The notes beneath the pieces were generated by a model. That model saw nothing but the letters and a program-made list of their open reading frames with translations, was not told where the DNA came from and ran no database searches. 64,000 bases of DNA from a virus: IMG/VR virus record IMGVR_UViG_3300012000_000005, positions 31,462 through 95,461 of that record; one strand, 5' to 3'. Below, piece by piece: positions 47,301 to 56,874 of the stretch (its first letter is position 1; each line of letters begins with the position of its first letter). The position numbers and the translations under genes are program-made.

Positions 47301-48331
47301 TGACAAAAATGTCTATAGGGGATTTATTAGATAAAGCTATAGAAGAACAAGTAGTTGCTGCACCTAGCGTAGATTGGGCTTGGCCTCCAGTACAACCAGC
47401 AAAGCCAACAATAATTAAGCCAGCAACATATAAAGAACGCAAGGGTAAAAAAGATGGCACACGTTTAATAATGTTCGTGCCAGACCCACAGATTGGTTAT
47501 CGTAAATACGAAGACGGAACACTAGACCCATTCCATGATGAAGCAGCGATTGATGTTCACTTCCAATTACTTGCGTATCTAGAAGAAAAATATGGCGTAG
47601 ATGAAATTATTCATCTGGGGGATTACTTAGATTTACCAACCATGGGCAAGTACGCACAAGAAGAAATGTTTGCCCACACAGTACAACCAGCACTTGATTA
47701 CGGCCACAACCTACTAGCAAAGCAAAGAGCTACTTGCCCAGACGCAAAGATTGTTTTGTTGGAAGGAAACCATGATTGCCGCATGAATAAATTTGTAGTC
47801 ATGAATGCTATGGCAGCCAAGGGAATTAAGAGGGCAGCGTCAAAGCCAGAAGACTGGCCTGTTATGTCCATCCCATACCTTCTACGTCTAGATGACATTA
47901 AGGTTGAGTATGTGGGCGCCTACCCAGCAGGAGAGTATTGGGTAACCAAATACCTTCGCGCTATTCATGGAACCACAGTGCGTTCAGGTGGCTCAACAGC
48001 AAGTGCCTATATAAATAAAAACCCACACATCTCAACAGTGTTTGGACATGTCCACAGACAAGAGATGCAGTACAAGACTGTGCATGACCAAGATGGTCCT
48101 ATCCGCAGTGTATCTGCAAGCCCTGGATGCCTATGCCGAATTGATGGCGCGGTTCCTTCATACGGCTCTGGTCTTACTGATAACGGTCGACCAGTTAAAC
48201 ACTGGGAAGATTGGCAGCAAGGAGTGATGATTGGTTGGGTCAGACCTGACGATTCCTTCACTTTACAGCCTATCCATATCATGGATGGCTGGGCTGTTTA
48301 CGAAGGCAAAGAGTTTACAGCGACCCTGTAG
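47300..48331 (+). CDS. Calcineurin-like metallophosphoesterase
   Basis: PDPQ, LGDYLD, EGNHD, HG, GHVHR, WQQG. Confidence 0.85.
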   Translation: MTKMSIGDLLDKAIEEQVVAAPSVDWAWPPVQPAKPTIIKPATYKERKGKKDGTRLIMFVPDPQIGYRKYEDGTLDPFHDEAAIDVHFQLLAYLEEKYGVDEIIHLGDYLDLPTMGKYAQEEMFAHTVQPALDYGHNLLAKQRATCPDAKIVLLEGNHDCRMNKFVVMNAMAAKGIKRAASKPEDWPVMSIPYLLRLDDIKVEYVGAYPAGEYWVTKYLRAIHGTTVRSGGSTASAYINKNPHISTVFGHVHRQEMQYKTVHDQDGPIRSVSASPGCLCRIDGAVPSYGSGLTDNGRPVKHWEDWQQGVMIGWVRPDDSFTLQPIHIMDGWAVYEGKEFTATL

Positions 48332-48354
48332 TTTTACAGGCGTATGATTGATGC

Positions 48355-48894
48355 ATGCCTAATCCACATCAAAATACGCAGAACTTAGGTGCCAATGGCA
48401 TGTACGGCACCTACACCAATTATGGTGGCGGTGGTACTCCTGTCGCTCGTTCAGAGCTCGACTTTCTGCGCCTTGGTGTTGGCCGTGTTCCACAAGCTGA
48501 ATATCCAGACGGTTATTTAGGCACGATACGAACACGTCGCGATGACCGCGGTCGTCCCAATGGACAATCAGAACGTGTATCAGACTCACTTAAAGTTAGA
48601 ATAGGACAGCGTTCCTACCAACGTGGTGTTCACCGCGGTGAGCGCATTGACCAGTCTGATTACTATTACCCAGCAGGATTAGATAACATGCGTGGCATTG
48701 AACGTCAGATGAAAGCTAGCAAAGACGGTAATGTCTATCGTGTAAAAAGAAATGTAGAAGTAACCACACTAGTTCCAGCTCCTCATCTACCTAACGATGG
48801 TAAAGCAGGTCCATCAGTAAGAAGCGATTCCCCATACAACATTAACAAAGTACGCGTAGAGCAAATGTCTCGTATGCGTCCACAGTGGAAGTAA
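48355..48894 (+). CDS. Hypothetical protein (leaderless)
   Basis: TATGAT-N6-ATG; G/R/P-rich. Confidence 0.65.
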   Translation: MPNPHQNTQNLGANGMYGTYTNYGGGGTPVARSELDFLRLGVGRVPQAEYPDGYLGTIRTRRDDRGRPNGQSERVSDSLKVRIGQRSYQRGVHRGERIDQSDYYYPAGLDNMRGIERQMKASKDGNVYRVKRNVEVTTLVPAPHLPNDGKAGPSVRSDSPYNINKVRVEQMSRMRPQWK

Positions 48895-48897
48895 ACT

Positions 48898-49290
48898 ATG
48901 CCAGGTAAATATGCAGACGGTACCTACGGCCGCAAGCCGTGGCAGGATGATGGCCGCAAGCCTTATCACACACCGATTGAGGCAGCGTTCCCACCACAGG
49001 ATTACCTTGGACCTTTTCAGTCTAATCAAGACCGCTTACTTAATCAGGCGCTCGCTACATGGACTATGACAAGTGAAGAGGTACAAGAATACGTACGTCC
49101 TAACCTCCCACAGGTTAACCTGTTTCCAGACAGGTACGGATTCGTTACAGAAGAAATAGGCATTCGAGATATTATTGACCTACCAGGTAGAAGCGGAAAC
49201 CAAGCAGGTCAACGTGTGGAGTCTGACTTCTCCAACACACCTAACACTCCACAATCTACTAGCCGCAACACATTAGGAGGCTCAGTATGA
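48898..49290 (+). CDS. Hypothetical protein
   Basis: Operonic ORF. Confidence 0.6.
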   Translation: MPGKYADGTYGRKPWQDDGRKPYHTPIEAAFPPQDYLGPFQSNQDRLLNQALATWTMTSEEVQEYVRPNLPQVNLFPDRYGFVTEEIGIRDIIDLPGRSGNQAGQRVESDFSNTPNTPQSTSRNTLGGSV

Positions 49291-49496
49291 AAGACCCTGG
49301 ATTATTTACAGATAGCACTGGCGAAGGCATGGCAGGGGCTACAGATGTGTCTTTGGAGACGATTTATAACGGCACCAAGGCCTGTAAGGCATGTGGTATT
49401 TCAATGAACCCAGTACAATCATTGAAAGACCAGAGTCTATGCCCAGGTTGTACTCGACGTAAGGCAGCAAGACTAGTTAAAGGACGGATGGCATAA
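49287..49496 (+). CDS. Small Zn-finger protein
   Basis: CKACG..MNP...CPGC. Confidence 0.6.
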   Translation: MKDPGLFTDSTGEGMAGATDVSLETIYNGTKACKACGISMNPVQSLKDQSLCPGCTRRKAARLVKGRMA

Positions 49497-49705
49497 TGGC
49501 AGTTAATCAATCACGCTCCCTAAACGGAGACATGAACGAGGGCGCAACAGACGGTAAATATCGCAAGCGTCGTCCAAATACCACAGTTCAACCAGGTATG
49601 GGTGACCAGCTTGTTGTACAGAACCGTGCAGACCTACATCCATATATGAATTATGGATTTATTAATTCAGAAGAGACTTCTAAAGTAAACCCAGCGGGTA
49701 ACTAA
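49496..49705 (+). CDS. Hypothetical protein
   Basis: TAATG-coupled. Confidence 0.6.
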   Translation: MAVNQSRSLNGDMNEGATDGKYRKRRPNTTVQPGMGDQLVVQNRADLHPYMNYGFINSEETSKVNPAGN

Positions 49706-49983
49706 TGATTAAAGGCGTCCGCAGAGAATTAGATGCACGTCGTCAATCAAAGGCAACGGAGTCATCAATTAAGGCACATAAAGACACTATGCTTGGGCTA
49801 CTTCGCGCTTCAGTTGGAAGATATAGCGATAGTCCAGAAGTTGCACAGCGTCGTCGTGTCGCTGCAGGAGACCCAACAGCTACCGCAACAGGTTCAGACG
49901 GTAGAAAAATTACAACAAAGAACCCAACACCTCGAGATTCAGGCGGACATGTAAATGCCTCAGCGTCGAGAAACGGATACTAA
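49705..49983 (+). CDS. Hypothetical protein
   Basis: TAATG-coupled. Confidence 0.55.
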   Translation: MIKGVRRELDARRQSKATESSIKAHKDTMLGLLRASVGRYSDSPEVAQRRRVAAGDPTATATGSDGRKITTKNPTPRDSGGHVNASASRNGY

Positions 49984-50146
49984 AAGACAGGGTGGGCCGT
50001 GGCCTACACCTGTTGGCATGGGAGCATTAGTAAGCCCAGATGATTTTCATGCAGCAAGAGCACGTCAAGAAGCTTATCAAGCAGAAGAAGCTGCCTTTGA
50101 TAAAGGTGGCATGTCTGCTGTCAATAAATTAAGGAATAAAAAGTGA
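49955..50146 (+). CDS. Hypothetical protein
   Basis: Overlapping ORF. Confidence 0.5.
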   Translation: MPQRRETDTKRQGGPWPTPVGMGALVSPDDFHAARARQEAYQAEEAAFDKGGMSAVNKLRNKK

Positions 50147-50598
50147 ACCCCACTGAGATGCAGTTCTCTGGAACAAGAGATGAAAAAGGTGAGATTAAAC
50201 TTTCAGCCAAACCTGCGCTGAACCCTAAAGAACACCAGTTCATTAAGTTTGATAAAGAGGCACCATCACACAGGGCGTTACTCGGCGCCTCCGCTAACAC
50301 AGAGCACCCTAATTACGTAGAAGGGCTTGCTATTCACAGCGGAGGCTTGTTTTCTGTACCAAAAACAGCAACACGTAAGCCAGGCAAAAATGCGCCTGCC
50401 CCAGAGCAAAGACGTAGTAGGCTTATTAGCGATGCTATGGCCGCTGGACCACTGGTCTCAAAAAAACCAAAGGAAGCAAGTCCAGTAAAGGCAGTAGCCG
50501 AAAAATTAAACGTAGACCAAGAACGTTCAGCCAAGCGTAAAGATACCCCAGAGGCAATAGCCAGACGAAACGCGCAAATTAAGAAAGCACGGGGATAG
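50143..50598 (+). CDS. Basic hypothetical protein
   Basis: GTGA-coupled ORF. Confidence 0.55.
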   Translation: MNPTEMQFSGTRDEKGEIKLSAKPALNPKEHQFIKFDKEAPSHRALLGASANTEHPNYVEGLAIHSGGLFSVPKTATRKPGKNAPAPEQRRSRLISDAMAAGPLVSKKPKEASPVKAVAEKLNVDQERSAKRKDTPEAIARRNAQIKKARG

Positions 50599-50632
50599 TA
50601 GACATCCTATAGTTCTGTGGTAGGCTGTTCGC

Positions 50633-51193
50633 ATGGTACTTGACCTATCCTACTTAAATAAAGATACGCCGCCTGAAAAGCGGCCAAAAGTTCTATTGCT
50701 TGCTTGTTTTACTTGCAAGTCGGTAGAAGAGATTCCTTATGATGACCGATTCCCAAACACAGATAAACCAGGTCATGACCAGAACCGTAATCCATTTCTA
50801 CATGCAGTAGTTGACCAACATGGTCCAGACCATAAAGGCACCCTGGCTGATGCTGATTTAGTTATTTGGCAACACCCAGATGGAAAACGGCAAATTACTG
50901 AACAATTCCAAAAAGGCTCACCTGGCCTTGATGTATTCGGTACAAATTTCTATGACACTAAGGACAATTATTCCGCAGATGCAATGCGTTGCTATGCCGA
51001 GCACAATCGTCCGCAGGGTCAGTGCTCTGACTACAAGTCAGAAAAGAAAGTGTTAAAACCAGAAACATCTAAGGACCGTAGGGAAGCTGGACTTGACCCT
51101 AGTAAGATGCCAAAAATGCATTTGTGTGATTTCTGCCCTGTTAAGTCATACAACATGAAGAAGTTTAACGAAAGTAAAGGACTATATAAATGA
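50633..51193 (+). CDS. Cys/His-containing hypothetical protein (leaderless)
   Basis: TGTGG-TAGGCT-N6-ATG; CFTC, C..H.RP..C, CDFCP. Confidence 0.65.
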   Translation: MVLDLSYLNKDTPPEKRPKVLLLACFTCKSVEEIPYDDRFPNTDKPGHDQNRNPFLHAVVDQHGPDHKGTLADADLVIWQHPDGKRQITEQFQKGSPGLDVFGTNFYDTKDNYSADAMRCYAEHNRPQGQCSDYKSEKKVLKPETSKDRREAGLDPSKMPKMHLCDFCPVKSYNMKKFNESKGLYK

Positions 51194-51474
51194 GCGAAGA
51201 AGTTATTGAAGACGCAGTTGTAATACCAGAAGAAGGAATTGCAGAAAATGTACCTGCAGAAGATAGTGGTGGAATTACAGCCTTTATTATTGTAAAGAAA
51301 CCAAGCGGGGACTGGTACGCAACGGCAGACCTGTCGACCACCCTTACCGTGGACCGTCAGGCAAGCCTAGATGACATCAAACATGGGTGTCAGGACATAG
51401 TAGACAGCATGAACCAGTCCGCAATTGCCTATCAGGTCCTGGATTTGATAAAACCGTTGATTTCTGGCGAATAG
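51190..51474 (+). CDS. Hypothetical protein
   Basis: ATGA-coupled. Confidence 0.6.
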   Translation: MSEEVIEDAVVIPEEGIAENVPAEDSGGITAFIIVKKPSGDWYATADLSTTLTVDRQASLDDIKHGCQDIVDSMNQSAIAYQVLDLIKPLISGE

Positions 51475-51539
51475 TAAACCCGTATTTAGCCTGTACCTCA
51501 GGAGTATACTGTAAATACACTTCAAGGGGGTAGGTCTCA

Positions 51540-51758
51540 ATGGCGTTCGTAGAAATGACATGCGTGTGCGTGGCATCTTTTCAAGCAGAAGTCGAAGAAA
51601 ACGAATCAATGGTCATGATGTGGGCACAGCAATTTATTAATGCACACAGTCAATGTGGCTATATGACTCCAATAAAGACAGACAGAGCAGAGCATCCAAG
51701 CAAATTCATTGCTGATACCGATGTTATGTACAAAGAGCGGCGGGAAAAAGAACTATAA
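51540..51758 (+). CDS. Hypothetical protein (CxC...HxxC)
   Basis: RBS AAGGGGG; TATACT upstream. Confidence 0.55.
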   Translation: MAFVEMTCVCVASFQAEVEENESMVMMWAQQFINAHSQCGYMTPIKTDRAEHPSKFIADTDVMYKERREKEL

Positions 51759-51765
51759 TACCTAG

Positions 51766-52695
51766 ATGAACTATTACGACGCGCTGGTACGGCAGGCAGA
51801 GCCAGTCAAACTAGAGCCGTCGGAAACTTCATACTTCAGCACACCTGGAGCTGGTCTAGACCCTAGGTTGTTCAGGAACGGCAAGATTGTCCCCCACATC
51901 CGTTCTTTAATTTTAAGAATCCTATTTGACCATTTAAAACAGAGTTACTACAACCCTGAGGCCTTTGCCCATGTTTGGCTAGCTGGCTCAGCTGTGAGCT
52001 ACCAATGGACCGCAGCTCGTAAACCAGCAGACTTGGACTGCTTAATAGGAATTAATTATTTAGTTTTTAGGCAATCTAATCCTAAGTACAAAGGTCTTAG
52101 CGATAAAGAGATTTCCCAGATGTTCAACGAGGGGTTCCAGACCCTCCACCAGTCCACTTCTAATTTCCTAGATATATTTGAGTTGACATTTTATGTTAAT
52201 GTTCAGTCTGACATCCGCTCCATTAAACCATACGCAGCTTACAGCTTGACGAATGATGATTGGACTGTGATGCCAGAGGTTCGCGGTGTTCCGCAGAATC
52301 AGATATGGAATAGAAAAGTGGAGCAGGATAAGTCTATGGCAGTCGATATTTTGTCAAGGTATTCTGACGCCTTAACATCTATTGGCTCAGCAACCACAGA
52401 TGTGGCAAGAAGGAATGCCGAAGCTGCATTAAAACTTGCTGTAGAACAAGGCGCTGCTTTATTTGAAGATATTCACCACGGTCGTAAATATGCATTTAGC
52501 GCCTCTGGACAAGGCTACGCTGATGTATATAATTATCGTTGGCAAGCTGGAAAAGCATCTGGTGTTGTACAAGCATTAAAACAACTAAAAGAAATTTCCA
52601 CAAAAAGCCGAAAAGAATTTGAAGCACAAACGTATGGCATGGAATTGCCATCAACTAGCACTCTGATAAGGAGAGCGGCTACACACTACAAGTGA
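51766..52695 (+). CDS. Pol-beta-superfamily nucleotidyltransferase (leaderless)
   Basis: hAGS..SYQW..ADLDC (GS + DxD), third acid in FELTFYV, Y.L..D.W. Confidence 0.7.
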   Translation: MNYYDALVRQAEPVKLEPSETSYFSTPGAGLDPRLFRNGKIVPHIRSLILRILFDHLKQSYYNPEAFAHVWLAGSAVSYQWTAARKPADLDCLIGINYLVFRQSNPKYKGLSDKEISQMFNEGFQTLHQSTSNFLDIFELTFYVNVQSDIRSIKPYAAYSLTNDDWTVMPEVRGVPQNQIWNRKVEQDKSMAVDILSRYSDALTSIGSATTDVARRNAEAALKLAVEQGAALFEDIHHGRKYAFSASGQGYADVYNYRWQAGKASGVVQALKQLKEISTKSRKEFEAQTYGMELPSTSTLIRRAATHYK

Positions 52696-52707
52696 TAGGG
52701 TCTATCT

Positions 52708-53166
52708 GTGGCAATATTAGTATTTTTAGACGGCGTACTTAGAAATGATAAAAGCGCCCCCATCCCAAATGGTATGGCGCTGTACAGAAGTCTTAAAGAA
52801 AAGCATCGCGTTCTTGTTCTATGTGAAGACGTAGAAAAGGATGACCATTGGCTACGTCAGCAACGCGTCAATAACATTGACGACCTTGTTGATTATAAAA
52901 AAATTCCAGCACTCGGCGAGCACCCAAAGCTACGTCAGGTAGAGTGGGTAAAGTCCCAAGGTCCCGTAGAGTATGTAATAACTTCGGACCCAGAATTAGT
53001 CACCCAGCTACTTGAAATTGGTATGACAACTTTGGTATTTTTACAGCCGTTGTATATTAGAGAAGAATTTAGGCCAGACAGCCGCAGGGGTGTTAAAGCC
53101 TGGTCAGACATTGTTGAAGAAATTGAACGCCAACAGGATGCCTTTAAGGAGGACCCACGAATATGA
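52708..53166 (+). CDS. HAD-like protein, first Asp of DxD replaced (FLDGVL) (leaderless)
   Basis: ILVFLDGVLR..PIPNG..LY. Confidence 0.6.
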   Translation: MAILVFLDGVLRNDKSAPIPNGMALYRSLKEKHRVLVLCEDVEKDDHWLRQQRVNNIDDLVDYKKIPALGEHPKLRQVEWVKSQGPVEYVITSDPELVTQLLEIGMTTLVFLQPLYIREEFRPDSRRGVKAWSDIVEEIERQQDAFKEDPRI

Positions 53167-53276
53167 GCGAGAAGCCAACTTGCCCTAGAGGGTGCGAGGG
53201 AAATGTATTAGATTACGTAAGCGGAGATGCGTACCTGTGTGCTAAGTGTGGCATCACCTGGAGCAAGCCTAAGTGA
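53163..53276 (+). CDS. Zinc-ribbon peptide, 37 aa
   Basis: MSEKPTCPRGCEGNVLDYVSGDAYLCAKCGITWSKPK; ATGA and GTGA overlaps on both sides. Confidence 0.6.
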   Translation: MSEKPTCPRGCEGNVLDYVSGDAYLCAKCGITWSKPK

Positions 53277-54739
53277 AGGTTATCTATCTAGGTGCTGAGG
53301 TTCCTTCAAATAGAGTAATACTCGAGGAAACTACCGCAAACCATGTTGGGGTCAGCTACCACCGACTGGTGAGCCGAGGGCTTCCTAAAACCAAAGAGTA
53401 TCTATTAGAAAACTACTTTAATAAAGATTTCTATATTTATGTGCACCCTGGCCTGCCCAAGACGCTGAAGCTCACAGCTGATGAGCTCGAAGAGTTTGCC
53501 GCGGGATACGAGCATTTTGTAGCCGTTAATATAGATAGGCTCAATACTGTATTTGAGATTAACAGCCCTACAATCGACCCAGCTTGGGTAGAGCGTCATC
53601 GTACAAAGGTTTGGTCGGAGTTACCCCCAGGTAAGTTCGTCCCCGTATGGCAGCCCCAGACGGATTTAAACGGCCTTCAGAGGTTAGCGGACTACTATTT
53701 AGATGTCGCAATCCCAGGAGATGCTATAGAAATAGATACAAGACTGGCTAGCGCTACCCGCTTAAACACCAAGCGCCAAGGGACCAGATGGCATGCATTA
53801 GGGTGCGCAAAGCCCGATAACCTTCGGTCTATTCTATTTGAAACCGCAAGTACCTTATCCTGGCTATCGCCAATGATGCACGGAGAAACAATCATTTGGG
53901 ATGGCACAAGGTTAGTCAGGTACCCAAAGAAGATGAAAGAACAAGCAAGACCAAGGTACAAGGCAATCTATGAAAAGGCTGGCTTGGACCTTGATAAGAT
54001 AATCGAGGATGACCCGCAGGAAGTCTGTAAGTTGGCGGTGTGGTCTTATGAACAGTTCGAGATAAGGATGAACAAGATGACCAATAGCCCAGACGACCCG
54101 TTGTTATATGATAATAGCGAGGGGAGAGAAGTGGAGCAAAGTGGGGAAACCAACCCTACCGTATATGATAATAAGGGTATTCATACGCGGAAACTTGAAC
54201 CACGAAATGCTGACGAATATGCCAATCTTCCAGTGTTCGGATTCGATACAAAGAGTGAAGTTGACGCCGACGGTGTCATCAAAGATGTAACCACTGTATC
54301 CTCACACAGCACCTCGCTTAGGGCATGCGATACCTGTTTCGTAGCCGCTAATTGCCCCGCTTTTAAACCACAATCTATGTGTGCTTTCAAGTTACCAGTA
54401 GAAGTAAAGAGTAAAGAACAACTTAAGGCTTTAATCAATGCGGTGATAGAAATGCAGGGACAAAGGGTCGCTTTTATGCGATTTGCTGAAGAAATGAATG
54501 GTGGATACGCTGACCCCAATGTATCTCAAGAGATAGACCGCCTATTCAAATTGATTAAAACAACCAAAGAATTGGACGACTCACGTGAGTTTATTCGCAT
54601 GACTGTAGAGCGCCAAGGAAGCGCAGGTGTGCTAAGTTCTATCTTCGGAGATAAGGCACAAGCGCTTCGTGAGTTGCCAAATGGCGGGCTAAATGAAGAG
54701 CAAACCACCCAGATAATTAAGGGTGCTATCGAAGAATAA
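53273..54739 (+). CDS. TGT/DpdA-like TIM-barrel protein (degenerate active site) fused to a 4-Cys domain
   Basis: FVPVW..L.RL..YY..VAI.G, WHALG, .S..SW..PMMHG; C-terminal CDTC...CPAF...C. Confidence 0.5.
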   Translation: MKVIYLGAEVPSNRVILEETTANHVGVSYHRLVSRGLPKTKEYLLENYFNKDFYIYVHPGLPKTLKLTADELEEFAAGYEHFVAVNIDRLNTVFEINSPTIDPAWVERHRTKVWSELPPGKFVPVWQPQTDLNGLQRLADYYLDVAIPGDAIEIDTRLASATRLNTKRQGTRWHALGCAKPDNLRSILFETASTLSWLSPMMHGETIIWDGTRLVRYPKKMKEQARPRYKAIYEKAGLDLDKIIEDDPQEVCKLAVWSYEQFEIRMNKMTNSPDDPLLYDNSEGREVEQSGETNPTVYDNKGIHTRKLEPRNADEYANLPVFGFDTKSEVDADGVIKDVTTVSSHSTSLRACDTCFVAANCPAFKPQSMCAFKLPVEVKSKEQLKALINAVIEMQGQRVAFMRFAEEMNGGYADPNVSQEIDRLFKLIKTTKELDDSREFIRMTVERQGSAGVLSSIFGDKAQALRELPNGGLNEEQTTQIIKGAIEE

Positions 54740-54846
54740 GGATTTCTTATTATCATATAAGAGAGCCTCGCAATACCCTGGAACAGCATAGTTTCCAAAC
54801 AGATGTAACGCACTAGTAGAATTAACTTTTTAACAGAGGAGAGAAT

Positions 54847-56874
54847 ATGGCACTGAGTTTCCGACTAGCAGAAGAATTCCTAAAGGACTACCGCAGTAAG
54901 AAAGTACCTTGGGGTTATAAAGATGCGGCGGGTAACTCGGTGGGTGAGATTACTTTCCTTAGAACATACTCCCGACTAAAAGAGGACGGAACTAAGGAGA
55001 CTTGGGTAGATGTATGCCAGCGAGTAATCGAGGGCATGTACTCCTTACAGAAAGACCACTGCAAAACCAATCGTCTACCTTGGAATGACAGCAGAGCTCA
55101 AGCCTCGGCTAAGGAAGCCTTCGACCGTTTATTTAATTTAAAGTGGACACCCCCAGGACGAGGTCTATGGGTTATGGGAACACCACTGGTCAACGAGCAG
55201 AAGAACTCCGCGGCTTTACAGAACTGCGCCTTTGTGTCTACCTCTAGTATGACTAAGTTAGACCCTGCTAAACCGTTTGCTTTCCTCATGGAAGCATCAA
55301 TGTTGGGCGTGGGAGTCGGATTTGATGACAAGGGTGCAGACAAGGACTTTTTTATTTACGAGCCAAAACTGCCTGAGGTCATAATCCAGATTCCAGATAC
55401 CAGGGAGGGATGGGTGGAGTCAGTAAGTACCCTGATTAACTCCTATTTAAAACCAGAACAGCCTGTTTATGTATTTGATTATTCTTTAATTAGACCAGCG
55501 GGTACCCCCATCAAAACCTTCGGCGGCACAGCTGCGGGCCATGAGCCTCTGGAGAAGCTCCACAATCACGTACGACGCATCTTTAATAGAAAGAGGGCGG
55601 GTTCTAAATTAACAAGGGTAGATATAGCAGATTTGGGTAATCTAATTGGAGTCTGCGTTGTATCTGGCAATGTCCGCCGCAGTGCTGAGCTGTTGATGGG
55701 CCGACTTGATGACCAAGACTTTTTAAATTTAAAGAACGCAAAGGCTTTCCCTGAGCGCAACTCCTACGAAGCTGCAGCTCCTGGCTGGGCCTGGATGTCT
55801 AACAACTCTGTAGAAGTATCTGTGGGTTCTAAATTAGACCACATAGTTGAGGGTATTGCTTTGAACGGTGAGCCTGGTGTTATCTGGATGGATGTTACTC
55901 GTCAGTATGGCCGACTCATAGACCCAATCAATAATAAAGACCATCGAGCTGCTGGGTACAATCCGTGCGCTGAACAATCGCTGGAATCTTTTGAGTGCTG
56001 TACTCTGGTTGAAACTTACCTCAATCGCCATGAATCTAAAGAAGATTACCTACGTACTCTAAAGTTTGCCTATCTCTATGCAAAGACTGTAACATTGCTT
56101 CCTACCCACTGGGAAGAGACTAACGCAATCATGCAACGCAATCGTCGTATTGGAACCTCTATGTCTGGAGTGGCTAACTTCGCTGACCTCGTAGGTATGC
56201 CTGTACTTCGTGAGTGGATGGACGAGGGGTATAAAACAATTCAAGACTACGACCGCACATATTCAGAGTGGCTTGGCATTCGAGAATCAATTAAAACTAC
56301 CACCGTTAAGCCTAGCGGTACCGTTTCTATATTAGCGGGAGAATCTCCTGGGGTTCACTGGACTCCTGGCGGCAAGTACTTCCTACGTGCAATCCGTTTC
56401 TCTAATGAAGACCCAATGCTACCTTTGTTTAAAGCGTCGGGTTATAAAATAGAAAAGGCTTCCGAATCTCCTAAGACAACTAGCGTCGTTTACTTCCCCA
56501 TCAAATCAGAGGCGCTACGGTCAGAAAAAGATGTTTCAATCTATGAAAAGATGTCGCTCGCGGCTACCGCACAGCGATATTGGTCAGACAACAGCGTCAG
56601 CGTTACAGTATCCTTTAATGCAAATACTGAAAAAGACGCCGTAGGAACAGTTCTACACATGTTTGACGGGCAACTCAAAACCGTTTCCTTCTTACCAATG
56701 GGGAACGAGACTTACCCGCAAATGCCCTACACACAGATAACCGAAGCAGAATACGAAAAGTATGCCTTCAAGTTATTGCCTATTGACTTTGTTGACGTTT
56801 ATGCAGGTATGGCCGCGGACGCAATCGGTGAAAAGTATTGCTCAACTGATTATTGCGAAATCCCACAACAATGA
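54847..56874 (+). CDS. nrdJ: Class II (adenosylcobalamin-dependent) ribonucleotide reductase, monomeric RTPR type
   Basis: RTYSR, PPGRGLW, LQNC, GNVRRSA, NPCAE, KPSGT, C-terminal CSTDYC; no small-subunit gene nearby. Confidence 0.93.
   Translation: MALSFRLAEEFLKDYRSKKVPWGYKDAAGNSVGEITFLRTYSRLKEDGTKETWVDVCQRVIEGMYSLQKDHCKTNRLPWNDSRAQASAKEAFDRLFNLKWTPPGRGLWVMGTPLVNEQKNSAALQNCAFVSTSSMTKLDPAKPFAFLMEASMLGVGVGFDDKGADKDFFIYEPKLPEVIIQIPDTREGWVESVSTLINSYLKPEQPVYVFDYSLIRPAGTPIKTFGGTAAGHEPLEKLHNHVRRIFNRKRAGSKLTRVDIADLGNLIGVCVVSGNVRRSAELLMGRLDDQDFLNLKNAKAFPERNSYEAAAPGWAWMSNNSVEVSVGSKLDHIVEGIALNGEPGVIWMDVTRQYGRLIDPINNKDHRAAGYNPCAEQSLESFECCTLVETYLNRHESKEDYLRTLKFAYLYAKTVTLLPTHWEETNAIMQRNRRIGTSMSGVANFADLVGMPVLREWMDEGYKTIQDYDRTYSEWLGIRESIKTTTVKPSGTVSILAGESPGVHWTPGGKYFLRAIRFSNEDPMLPLFKASGYKIEKASESPKTTSVVYFPIKSEALRSEKDVSIYEKMSLAATAQRYWSDNSVSVTVSFNANTEKDAVGTVLHMFDGQLKTVSFLPMGNETYPQMPYTQITEAEYEKYAFKLLPIDFVDVYAGMAADAIGEKYCSTDYCEIPQQ

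Noticed and set aside
53273-54739. Complete 7-deazaguanine DNA modification pathway
   Set aside because: Catalytic Asp positions look substituted, and no folE/queCDE genes are in the window.
54740-54846. Cobalamin riboswitch or NrdR box upstream of nrdJ
   Set aside because: The gap is only about 105 nt and I see no B12-box or NrdR consensus. An Rfam scan would settle it.
617-56244. Many 60-140 aa alternative-frame and antisense ORFs in the ORF track
   Set aside because: They lie wholly within well-supported genes, lack RBS and motifs, and look like shadow ORFs.
30202-56874. Inteins/introns in dnaB, polA, recA or nrdJ; stop-codon recoding
   Set aside because: Proteins are of normal length with contiguous motifs, and all three stop codons terminate genes normally.
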